Source of the DNA: Eledone cirrhosa
Lineage: Eukaryota
Length of the DNA stretch: 64,000 nucleotides
Direction of reading: 5' to 3'
Assembly (NCBI GenBank): GCA_964016885.1
Contig: OZ024744.1
Location: forward strand, 28,272,001-28,336,000
The notes under the pieces were generated by a model, which did no database searches, was not told the origin of the DNA, and saw nothing but the letters and a program-made list of their open reading frames with translations. Both the position numbers and the translations under genes were made by a program. This document shows positions 14,701 to 27,300 of the stretch, piece after piece (the stretch's first letter is position 1; each line of letters opens with the position of its first letter).

Positions 14701-16049
14701 TTGTGACTGTTGCTGTTGTCGCTGTTATAACCGTTATTGTCATTGTTGTTGTTGTTGTCGCTGTTATCACTGTTATTGTCACTGTTGTTGTTGTCGCTGT
14801 TATAACTGTTATTGTCACTGTTGTTGTTGCTGTTGTCGCTGTCATAACTCTTATTGTCACTGTTGTTGTTGTCGTTGTTATCACTGTTATTGTCATTATT
14901 GTTGTTCTCGCTGTTATCACTGGTATTGACACTGTTGTTGTTGTTGTTGTCGCTGTTATAACTGTTATTGTCTCTGTTGATGTTGTTGTTGTCGCTGTTA
15001 TAACTGTTATTGTCACTGTTGTTGTTGTGTTGTCGTTGTTATCACTGTTATTGTCACTGTTGTTGTTGTTGTCTCTGTTATCACTGTTATTGTCATTGTT
15101 GTTATTGTTGTTGTCGCTGTTATAACTGTTATTGTCACTGTTGTCGTAGTCCCTGTTATAACTGTTATTGTCACTGTTGTTGTTGTCGCTGTTATCACTG
15201 TTATTGTCACTGTTGTTGTCGCCGTTATCACTGTTATTGTCATTGTTGTTGTTGTCGCTGTTATAACTGTTATTGTCATTGTTGTTGTTGTTGTTGTCGC
15301 TGTTATAACTGTTATTGTCATTGTTGTTGTCGCTGTTATCACTGTTATTATCACTGTTGTTGTTGTTATCGCTGTTATCACTGTTATTTTCACTGTTGTT
15401 GTTGTCACTGTTATAAATGTTATTGTCACTGTCGTTTTTGTTGTCGCTCTTATCACTGTTATTGTCACTGTTGTTGTTGTTGTTGTCGCTGTTATAACTG
15501 TTATTGTCATTGTTGTTGTTGTCGCTGTTATAACTGTTATTGTCACTGTTGTTGTTGTCGCTGTTATTGTCACTGTTGTTGTTTTGTTGTTGTTGTTGTT
15601 GTCGCTGTTATCACTGTTATTGTTCTGTTGTTGTTGTTATCGCAGTTATAACTGTTATTGCCATTGTTGTTGTTCTTGTTGTCTCTGTTATCACTGTTAT
15701 TGTCACTGTTGTTGTTGTCGCTGTTATAACTGTTATTGTTATTGGTGTTGTTGTCGCTGTTATGACTGTTATTGTCATTATTGTTGTTGTCGTTGTTATC
15801 ACTGTTAATGTCATTGTTGTTGTTGTTTTTGTCGCTGTTATTACTGTTATTGTCACTGTTGTTGTTGTTGTTGTCGCTGTTATAACTGTTATTGTCACTG
15901 TTGTTGTTGTAGCTTTTATCACTGTTATTGACACTGTTGTTATTGTTGTCGCTGTTATAACTGTTATTGTCACTGTTGTTGTTGTTGTCGATGTTATTGT
16001 CACTGTTGTTGTTTTGTTGTTGTTGTTGTCGTCGCAGTTATAACTGTTA

Positions 16050-19000
16050 TTGCCATTGTTGTTGTTGTTGTTGTCTCTGTTATCACTGTTATTGTTACTG
16101 TTGTTGTTGTCGCTGTTATAACTGATATTGTTATTGGTGTTGTTGTCGCTGTAATAACTGTTATTGTCATTCTTGTTGTTGTCGCTGTTATCACTGTTAT
16201 TTTCATTGTTGTTGTTGTTTTTGTCGCTGATATCACTGTTATTGTAACTGTTGTTGTTGTTGTCACTGTTATAAATGTTATTGTCACTGTTGTTTTTGTT
16301 GTCGCTGTTATCACTGTTATTGTCACTGTTGTTGTTGTCGCTCTTATAACTGTTATTGTCACTGTTTATGTTGTCGCTGTTATAACTGTTATTGTCACTG
16401 TTGTTGTTGTCCCTGTTATAACTGTTATTGTCACTGTTGTTGTTGTTGTCGCTGTTATCACTGTTATTGTCACTGTTGTTGTCGCTGTTATCACTGTTAT
16501 TGTCATTGTTGTTGTTGTCGCTTTTATAACTGTTATTTTCATTGTTGTTGTTGTTGTCGCTGTTATCACTGTTATTTTCATTGTTGTTGTTGTTGTCGCT
16601 GTTATCACTGTTATTGTCACTGTTTTGTTGTTGTTGTCGCTGTTATCACTGTTATTGTCACTGTTGTTGTTGTTGTCAATGTTATAAATGTTATTGTCAC
16701 TGTTGTTTTTGTTGTCGCTGTTATCACTCTTATTGTCACTGTTTTTGTTGTTGTTGTCGCTGTCATAACTGTTCTTTTCACTGTTGTTGTTGTGGCTGTT
16801 ATAACTGTTATTGTCACTGTTGTTGTTGTCGCTGTTATCACTGATATTGTCATTGTTGTTGTTGTCGCTGTTATCACTGTTATTGTCATTGTTGTTGTTG
16901 TTGCTGTCGGTGTTATAACTGATATTAGTTACTGTTGTTGTTGTTGTTGTTCTCGCTGTTATAAATATTATTGTCATTGTTGTTGTTGTTGTTGTCGCTG
17001 TTATAACTGTTATTGTCACTGTTGTTGTTTTGTTGTTGTTGTTGTTGTCGCTGTTATCACTGTTATTGTTCTGTTGTTGTTGTCGCTTTTATAACTGTTA
17101 TTACCATTGTTGTTGTTATTGTTGTCTCTGTTATCACTGTTATTGTCACTGTTGTTGTTGTCGCTGTTATCACTCTTATTGTCACTATTGTTGTTGTTGT
17201 CGCCGTTATAACTGTTAATGTCACTGTTGTTGTTGTCGCTGTTTTAACTGTTATTGTCATTGTTGTTGTAGTCGCAGTTATATATGTTATTGACACTGTT
17301 GTTGTTGTTGTTCTCGCTGTTATCACTGTTATTATCACTGTTGTTGTTGTTGTTGTTGTTGTTGTCGCTGTTATCACTGTTATTGTTCTGTTGTTGGTGT
17401 CGCTTTTATAACTGTTATTACCATTGTTGTTGTTGTTGTTGTCTCTGTTATCACTGTTATTGTCACTGTTGTTGTTGTTGTGGTTGTTGTTGTTATCACT
17501 GTTATTGTCACTTTTGTCTTTGTTGTTGTCGTTGTCATGACTGTTATTGTCGATGTTGTTGTTGTTGTTGTCGCTGTTATTGTCACTGTTGTTGTTTTGT
17601 TGTTGTTGTCGTCGTTGTCATCACTGTTATCGTCGCTGTTGTCGTTGTTGTCCTTGTTATCATGGTTATTGTCACTGTTGTTGTCGCTGTTATCACTGTT
17701 ATTGTCACTGTTGTTGTGTTGTTGTCGCTGTTATAACTGTTATTGTCAAAGTTGTTGTTGTCGCTGTTGTAACTGTTATTGTCACTGTTATTGTGTTGTC
17801 GCTGTTACCACTGTTATTGTCTTTGTTGTTGTTGTTCTCGCTGTTATCACTGTTATTGTCATTGTTGTTGTTGTCGCTGTTATCACTTATATTGTCATTG
17901 TTGTTGTTGTTGTCGCTGCTATCACTGTTATTGTCACTGTTATTGTTCTTGTCGCTGTTACCACTGTTATTGCCTTTGTTGTTGTTGTGGTCGCTGTTAT
18001 CACTGTTATTGTCACTGTTGTTGTTGTTGTCGCTGTTATCACTGTTATTGCCACTGTTGTTGTTGTTGTCGCTGTTATCACTGTTATTGCCACTGTTGTT
18101 GTTGTTGTCGCTGTTACCACTGTTATTGCCACTGTTATTCTTGTTGTCGCTGTTATCACTGTTATTGTCACTGTTGTTGTTGTCGCTGTTATCACTGTTA
18201 TTGTCACTGTTGTTGTTGTTGTCGTCGCTGTTATCACTGTTATTGTCACTGTTGCTGTTGTTGTCGCTGTTATCACTGTTATTGACATTGTTGTTGTTGT
18301 TATCGCTGTTATCACTGTTATTGTCATTGTTGTTGTTGTTGTTCTCGCTCTTATCACTGTTATTTTCACTGTTGTTGTCGCTGTTATAACTGTTATTGTC
18401 ACTGTTGCTGTTGTCGGTGTTATAACTGTTATTAGTTACTGTTGTTGTTGTTTTTGTTGTTCTTGCTGTTATAACTATTATTGTCATTGTTGTTGTTGTT
18501 GCTGTCGGTGTTATTACTGTTATTGCCATTGTTGTTGTTGTTGTTGTTGTCTCTGTTATCACTGTTATTGTCACTGTTGTTGTTCTCGCTGTTATTGTCA
18601 CTGTTGTTGTTGTTGTTGTTGTTGTTGTCGCTGTTATCACTGTTATTGTTCTGTTGTTGTTGTCGCTGTTATAACTGTTATTGCCATTGTTGTTGTTGTT
18701 GTTGTCTCTGTTATCACTGTTATTGTTATTGGTGTTGTTGTCGCTGTAATAACTGTTATTGTCATTGTTGTTGTTGTTTTTGTCGCTGATATCACTGTTA
18801 TTGTAACTGTTGTTGTTGTTGTCACTGTTATAAATGTTATTGTCACTGTAGTTTTTGTTGTCGCTGTTATCACTGTTATTGTCACTGTTGTTGTTGTCGC
18901 TCTTATAACTGTTATTGTCACTGTTGTTGTTGTCCCTGTTATAACTGTTATTGTCACTGTTGTTGTTGTTGTCGCTGTTATCACTGTTATTGTCACTGTT

Positions 19001-19870
19001 GTTGTCGCTGTTATCACTGTTATTGTCATTGTTGTTGTTGTCGCTGTTATAACTGTTACTGTCATTGTTGTTGTTGTTGTCGCTGTTATCACTGTTATTT
19101 TCATTGTTGTTGTTGTTGTCGCTGTTATCACTGTTATTGTCACGGTTTTGTTGTTGTTGTTGTCGCTGTTATCACTGTTATTGTCACTGTTGTTGTTGTT
19201 GTCACTGTTATAAATGTTATTGTCACTGTTGTTGTTGTTGTCGCTGTTATCACTGTTATTGTCACTGTTGTTGTTGTTGTAGCTGTCATAACTGTTCTTT
19301 TCACTGTTGTTGTTGTGGCTGTTATAACTGTTATTGTCACTGTTGTTGTTGTCGCTGTTATCACTGTCATTGTCACAGTTGTTGTTGTCGCTGTTATCAC
19401 TGTTATTGTCATTGTTGTTGTTGTCGCTGTTATCACTGTTATTGTCATTGTTGTTGTTGTCGCTATTATCACTGTTATTGCCACTGTTGTTGTTATTGTC
19501 GCTGTTATCACTGTTATTGTCGCAGTTGTTGTCGCTGTTATCACTGATATTGTCATTGTTGTTGTTGTTGTTGTCGCTGTTATCACTGTTATTGTCATTG
19601 TTGTTGTTGTTGCTGTCGGTGTTATAACTGTTATTAGTTACTGTTGTTTTTGTTGTTGTTCTCGCTGTTATAAATATTATTGTCATTGTTGTTGTTGTTG
19701 TTGTCGCTGTTATAACTGTTATTGTCACTGTTGTTGTTTTGTTGTTGTTGTTGTTGTCGCTGTTATCACTGTTATTGTTCTGTTGTTGTTGTCGCTTTTA
19801 TAACTGTTATTACCATTGTTGTTGTTGTTGTCTCTGTTATCACTGTTATTGTCACTGTTGTTGTTGTCGC
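16050..19870. repeat. Higher-order duplication: ~16050-17160 recurs at ~18670-19870 (offset ~2.5-2.7 kb)
   Basis: ORF pairs 16542/19065, 16617/19140, 16792/19315 (all +2523) and 17013/19722. Shared variants gctgtaata, gctgatatc, attgtaact, ataaatattatt. Confidence 0.8.
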
Positions 19871-21389
19871 TGTTATCACTGTTATTGTCACTGGTGTTGT
19901 TGTTGTTGCTGTTAGTGTCACTCTTGTTGTTTTGTTGTCGTTGTCGTCGTTGTCATCACTGTTATTGTCGCTGTTGTTGTTGTTGTTGTCGTTGTTATCA
20001 TGCTTGTTGTCACTGTTGTTGTTGTTGTGGTTGTTGTTGTTGTTATCACTGTTATTGTCACTGTTGTCTTTGTTGTTGTCGTTGTCATGACTGTTATTGT
20101 CGCTGTTGTTGTTGTTGTCGCTGTTATTGTCACTGTTGTTGTTTTGTTGTTGTTGTCGTCGTTGTCATCACTTTTATCGTCGCTGTTGTCGTTGTTGTAC
20201 TTGTTATCATGGTTATTGTCACTGTTGTTGTCGCTGTTATCACTGTTATTGTCACTGTTGTTGTCGCTGTTATAACTGTTATTGTCACTGTTGTTGTTGT
20301 TGTTGTCATTGTTATCACTGTTATTGTCACTATTGTTGTTGTCGCTGTTATCACTGTTATTGTCACTGTTGTTGTTGTTCTCGCTGTTATCACTGTTATT
20401 GTCACTGTTGTTGTGTTGTTGTCGCTGTTATAACTGTTATTGTCAAAGTTGTTGTTGTCGCTGTTATAACTGTTATTGTCACTGTTATTGTGTTATCGCT
20501 GTTACCACTGTTATTGTCTTTGTTGTTGTTGTTCTCGCTGTTATCACTGTTATTGTCATTGTTGTTGTTGTCGCTGTTATCACTTATATTGTCATTGTTG
20601 TTGTTGTTGTCGCTATTATCACTGTTATTGTCACTGTTGTTATCGCTGTTATCACTGTTATTGTCACTGTTTTTGTCGCTGTTACAACTGTCATTGTTGT
20701 TGTTTTTATTGTCGCTGTTATCACTGTTATTGTCATTGTTGTTATTGTTGTTGTCGCTGTTATAACTGTTATTCTCACTGTTGTTTTTGTTGTTGCCGCT
20801 GTTATCACTGTTATTGTCACTGTTGTTGTTGTCTCTGTTATAACTGTTATTGTCACTGTTGTTGTTGTCACTGTTATCACTGTTATTGTCACTGTTGTTG
20901 TTGTTCTCGCTGTTATCACTGTTATTGTCACAGTTGTTGTTGTCGCTGTTATCACTGTTATTGTCATTGCTGTTGTTATCGCTGTTATAACTGTTATTGT
21001 CATTGTTGTTGTTGTTGTCGCTGTTATCACTGTTATTGTCATTGTTGTTGTTGTCGCTATTATCACTGTTATTGTCACTGTTGTTGTTATTGTCGCTGTT
21101 ATCACTGTTATTTTCACAGTTGTTGTCGCTGTTCTCACTGATATTGTCATTGTTGTTGTTTTTGTCGCTGTTATCACTGTTATTGTCATTGTTTTTGTTG
21201 TTGCTGTCGGTGTTATAACTGTTATTAGTTACTGTTGTTTTTGTTGTTCTCGCTGTTATAACTATTATTGTCATTGTTGTTGTTGTCGCTGTTATAACTG
21301 TTATTGTCATTGTTGTTGTTGTTGTTGTCGCTGTTATAACTGTTATTGTCACTGTTGTTGTTGTTGTTCTCGCTGTTATCACTGTTATT

Positions 21390-24300
21390 GTCACTGTTGT
21401 TCTTGTCGCTGTTATAACTGTTATGGTCACTGTTGTTGCTGTTCTCGCTGTTATCACTGTTATTGTCACTGTTGTTGTTGTTGTCGCTGTTATCGCTGTT
21501 ATTGTCATTGTTGTTGTTGTTGTTGTCGCTGTTATCACTGTTATTGTCACTGATGTTGTTGTTCTCGCTGTTATCACTGTTATTGTCACTGTTGTTGTTG
21601 TTGTTGTTCTCGCTGTTATCACTGTTATTGTCATTGCTGTTGTTGATGTCGCTGTTATCACTGTTATTGTCACTGTTGTTGTTGTTCTCGCTGTTATTGT
21701 CATTGTTGTTGTTGTTGTTGTTGTTGCTGTTGTTGTTGTCACTGTTATCACTGTTATTGTCACTGTTGTTGTTGTACTCGCTGTTATCACTGTTATTGTC
21801 ATTGTTGTTGTTGTTGTCGCTGTTATCACTGTTATTGTCACTGTTGTTGTGGTTCTCGCTGTTATAACTGTTATTGTGACTTTTGTTGTTGTTGTCGCTG
21901 TTATAACTGTTATTGTCACTGTCGTTGTTGTCGCTGTTATAACTGTTATTGTTACTGTTGTTGTTGCTGTTGTCGCTGTCATAACTCTTATTGTCACTGT
22001 TGTTGTTGTTGTTGTTGTTATCACTGTTCTTGTCATTATTGTTGTTCTCGCTGTTATCACTGGTATTGACACTGTTGTTGTTGTTGTCGTTGTTATAAAT
22101 GTTATTGTCTCTGTTGATGTTGTTGTTGTCGCTGTTATAACTGTTATTGTCACTGTTGTTGTTGTCGTGTTATAACTCTTATTGTCACTATTTTTGTTGT
22201 TGTTGTCGTTGTTATCACTGTTATTGTCATTATTGTTGTTGGCGCTGTTATCACTGTTATTGTCATTGTTGTTGTTGTCGCTGTTATCACTGTTATTGTC
22301 CCTGATGTTGTTGTCGCTGTTATAACTGTTATTGTCAATATTGTCAATATTGTTGTTCTCGCTGCTATCCCTGTTATTGTTACTGTTGTTGTTGTTGTTC
22401 TCGCTGTTATCACAGTTATTGTCACTGTTGTTGTGTTGTTCTCGCTGTTATCACTGTTATTGTCACTGTTGTTGTTGTTGTCACTGTTATGTCTGTTATT
22501 GTCACTGTTGTTGTTGTTGCTGTCGCTGTTATCACTGTTATTGTCATTGTTGTTGTTGATGTACTCGCTGTTATCACTGTTATTGTCACTGTTGTTGTCG
22601 ATGTTATCATTGTTATTTTCATTGTTGTTTTTGTTGTCACTGTTATAACTGTTATTGTCATTGTTGTTGTTGTTGTCGCTGTTATCACTGTTATTGTCAT
22701 TGTTGTTGTTGTTGTCGCTGTTATCACTGTTATTGTCACTGTTGTTGTTGTTGTCCCTGTTATCACTGTTATTGTCACTGTTGTTGTTGTTGTTGTCACT
22801 ATTATTTATAAATGTTATTGTCACTGTTGTTGTTGTCGCTGTTATAACTGTTATTGTCACTGTTGTTGTTGTCGCTGTTATAACTGTTATTGTCACTGTT
22901 TTTGTTGTTGTCGCTGTTATAAATGTTATTGTCACTGTTGTTGTTGTGTTGTCGCTGTTATCACTGTTATTGTCACTGCTGTTGTTGTTGTCTCTGTTAT
23001 CACTATTATTGTCATTGTTGTTATTGTTGTTGTTGCTGTTATAACTGTTATTGTCACTGTTGTCGTTGTCCCTGTTATAACTGTTATTGTCACTGTTGTT
23101 GTTGTCGCTGTTATCACTGTTATTGTCACTGTTGTTGTCGCCGTTATCACTGTTATTGTCATTGTTGTTGTTGTCGCTGTTATAACTGTTATTGTCATTG
23201 TTGTTGTCGCTGTTATCACTGTTATTGTCACTGTTGTTGTTGTTATCAGTGTTATCACTGTTATTGTCACTGTTGTTGTTGTCACTGTTATAAATGTTAT
23301 TGTCACTGTTGTTGTTGTTGTCGCTGTTAAAACTGTTATTGTCACTGTCGTTTTTGTTGTCGCTCTTATCACTGTTATTGTCACTGTTGTTGTTGTTGTC
23401 GCTGTTATTGTCACTGTTGTTGTTTTGTTGTTGTTGTCGCTGTTATCACTGTTATTGTTCTGTTGTTGTTGTTGTTGTCGCTGTTATAACTGTTATTGCC
23501 ATTGTTGTTGTTGTTGTTGTCTCTGTTATCACTGTTATTGTCACTGTTGTTGTTGTCGCTGTTATAACTGTTATTGTTGTTGTCGTTGTTATCACTGTTA
23601 ATGTCATTGTTGTTGTTGTTTTTGTCGCTGTTATTATGGTTATTGTCACTGTGGTTGTTGTTGTTCTCGCTGTTATGACAGTTATTGTCACTGTTGTTGT
23701 TGTTGTCGCTGTTATAACTTTTATTGTCACTGTTGTTGCTGTTGTAGCTTTTATCACTGTTATTGACACTGTTGTTATTGTTGTCGCTGTTATAACTGTT
23801 ATTGTCATTGTTGTTGTTGTTGTCGATGTTATTGTCACTGTTGTTGTTTTGTTGTTGTTGTTGTCGTCGCTGTTGTAACTGTTATTGCCATTGTTGTTGT
23901 TGTTGTTGTCTCTATTATCACTCTTATTGTTACTGTTGTTGTTGTCGCTGTTATAACTGATATTGTTATTGGTGTTTTTGTTGTCGCTGTAATAACTGTT
24001 ATTGTCATTATTGTTGTTGTCGCTGTTATCACTGTTATTGTCACTGTTGTTGTTTTGTTGTTGTTATTGTCGTCGTTGTCATCACTGTTATTGTCACTGT
24101 TGCTGTTGTTGTTGTCGTTGTTATCATGCTTATTGTCACTGTTGTTATTGTCGTTGTTGTCGTTGTCATCACTGTTATTGTCGCTGTTGTTGTTGTCGCT
24201 GTTATTTTCACTGTTGATGTTTTGTTGTTGTTGTCGTCGTTGTCATCACTGTTATTGTCGCTGTTGTTGTCGTTGTTGTCGTTGTTATCATGGTTATTGT

Positions 24301-27300
24301 CACTGTTGTTGTTGTTGTTATTACTGTTATAGTCACTGTTGTTGTTGTCGCTGTTATAACTGTTATTGTCACTGTTGTTGTTGTTGTCATTGTTATCACT
24401 GTTATTGTCACTATTGTTGTTGTCGCTGTTATCACTGTTATTGTCACTGTTGTTGTTGTTCTCGCTGTTATCACTGTTATTGTCACTGTTGTTGTGTTGT
24501 TGTCGCTGTTATAACTGTTATTGTCAAAGTTGTTGTTGTCGCTGTTATAACTGTTATTGTCACTGTTATTGTTGTTGTCGCTGTTACCACTGTTATTGTC
24601 TTTGTTGTTGTTGTTCTCGCTGTTATCACTGTTATTGTCATTGATGTTGTTGTCGCTGTTATCACTTATATTGTCATTGTTGTTGTTGTTGTCGCTGTTA
24701 TAACTGTTATTGTCACTGATGTTGTTGTTGTCGCTGTTTTAACTGTTATTGTCAAAGTTGTTGTTGTCTCTGTCATCACTGTTATTGTCACTGTTGTTGT
24801 TGTTGTCGCTGTTATCATTGTTATTGTCACTGGTGTTGTTGTTGTCGCTGTTAGTGTCACTCTTGTTGTTTTGTTGTTGTTGTCGTCGTTGTCATCACTG
24901 TTATTGTCGCTGTTGTTGTTGTTGTTGTCGTTGTTATCATGCTTATTGTCACTGTTGTTGTTGTTGTGGTTGTTGTTGTCGTTATCACTGTTATTGTCAC
25001 TGTTGTCTTTGTTGTTGTCGTTGTCATGACTGTTATTGTAGCTGTTGTTGTTGTTGTTGTTGTTCTCGCTGTTATTGTCACTGTTGTTGTTTTGTTGTTG
25101 TTGTTGTCGTCGTTGTCATCACTGTTATCGTCGCTGTTGTTGTCGTTGTTGTCCTTGTTATCATGGTTATTGTCACTGTTGTTGTCGCTTTTATCACTGT
25201 TATTTTCACTGTTGTTGTGGTTCTCGCTGTTGTAACTGTTATTGTGACTGTTGTTGTTGTTGTCGCTGTTATAACTGTTATTGTCATTGTTGTTGTTGTC
25301 GCTGTTATCACTGTTATTGAAACTGTTGTTGTTGTTGGTCTCGCTGTTATCACTGTTATTGTCACTGTTGCTGTTGTTGTCGCTGTTATAACTGTTATTG
25401 TCACTGTTGTTGTTGCTGTTGTCGCTGTCATAACTCTTATTGTCACTGTTGTTGTTGTTGTTGTTGCCGTTGTTATCACTGTTATTGTCATTATTGTTGT
25501 TGTCGCTGTTATCACTGTTATTGACACTGTTGTTGTTGTTGGTCTCGCTGTTATCACTGGTATTGACACTGTTGTTGTTGTTGTCGCTGTTATAACTGTT
25601 ATTGTCTCTGTTGATGTTGTTGTTGTCGCTGTTATAACTGTTATTGTCACTGTTGTTGTTGTCGCTGTTATAACTCTTATTGTCACTGTTTTTGTTGTTG
25701 TTGTCGTTGTTATCACTGTCATTGTCATTATTGTTGTTGGCGCTGTTATCACTGTTATTGTCATTGTTGTTGTTGTCGCTGTTATCACTGTTATTGTCCC
25801 TGTTGTTGTTGTCGCTGTTATAACTGTTATTGGCAATATTGCTTTTGTTGTTGTCGCTCTTATCACTCTTATTGTCATTGTTGTTGTTGTTCTCGCTGCT
25901 ATCCCTGTTATTGTTACTGTTGTTGTTGTTGTTCTCGCTGTTATCACAGTTATTGTCACTGTTGTTGTGTTGTTCTCGTTGTTAGCACTGTTATTGTCAC
26001 TGTTGTTGTTGTCGCTGTTATATCTGTTATTGTCACTGTTGTTGTTGCTGTCGCTGTTATCACTGTTATTGTCATTGTTGTTGTTGTTGTACTCGCTGTT
26101 ATCACTGTTATTATCACTGTTGTTGTTGTCGCTGTTATCACTGTTATTTTCATTGTTGTTTTTGTTGTCACTGTTATAACTGTTATTGTCATTGTTGTTG
26201 TCGCTGTTATCACTGTTATTGTCATTGTTGTTGTTGTTGTCGCTGTTATCACTGTCATTGTCACTGTTGTTGTTGTTGTCCCTGTTATCACTGTTATTGT
26301 CACTGTTGTTGTTGTCGCTGTTATAACTGTTATTGTCACTGTTGTTGTTGTCGCTGTTATAACTGTTATTGTCACTGTTTTTGTTGTTGTCGCTGTTATA
26401 ACTGTTATTGTCACTGTTGTTGTTGTTGTAGTTGTTGTCGCTGTTATCACTGTTATTGTCACTGTTGTTGTTGTCGTTGTTATCAGTGTTATTGTCATTG
26501 TTGTTATTGTTGTTGTCGCTGTTATAACTGTTATTGTCATTGTTGTTGTTGTCGCTGTTATAACTGTTATTGTCACTGTTGTCGTTGTCCCTGTTATAAC
26601 TGTTATTGTCACTGTTGTTGTTGCTGTTGTCGCTGTCATAACTCTTATTGTCACTGTTGTAGTTGTTGTTGTCGTTGTTATCACTGTTATTGTAATTATT
26701 GTTGTTCTCGCTGTTATCACTGGTATTGACACTGTTGTTGTTGTCGCTGTTATAACTGTTATTGTCACTGTTGTTGTTGTGGTTCTCGCTGTTATAACTG
26801 TTATTGTGACTGTTGTTGTTGTTGTCGCTGTTATAACTGTTATTGTCATTGTTGTTGTTGTTGTCGCTGTTATCACTGTTATTGACACTGTCGTTGTTGT
26901 TGTTCTCGCTGTTATCACTGTTATTGTCACTGTTGTTGTTGTTGTCGCTGTTATAACTGTTATTGTCACTGTTGTTGTTGCTGTTGTCTCTGTCATAACT
27001 CTTTTTGTCACTGTTGTTGTTGTTGTTGTTGTCGTTGTTATCACTGTTATTGTCATTATTGTTGTTCTCGCTGTTATCACTGGTATTGACACTGTTGTTG
27101 TTGTTGTCGCTGTTATAACTGTTATTGTCTCTGTTGATGTTGTTGTTGTCGCTGTTATAACTGTTATTGTCACTGTTGTTGTTGTCGCTGTTACAACTCT
27201 TATTGTCACTGTTGTTGTTGTTGTCGTTGTTATCACTGTTATTGTCATTATTGTTGTTGGCGCTGTTATCACTGTTATTGTTGTCGCTGTTATCACTGTT

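Larger units (their letters stand above)
2090..18680. repeat. Dispersed block copy within the array: ~2090-3220 recurs at ~17470-18680 (offset ~15.4 kb)
   Basis: ORF pairs 2174/17547, 2443/17887, 3030/18481. Shared variants attgcctttgtt, gtggtcgct, attgacatt. Confidence 0.75.

Noticed and set aside
17779-18285. Cys/His-rich ORFs (CCCRCYHCYCH) resembling metallothionein or keratin-associated proteins
   Set aside because: This is simply the third reading frame of the same repeat (TGT from GTT runs), with no independent evidence of a gene.
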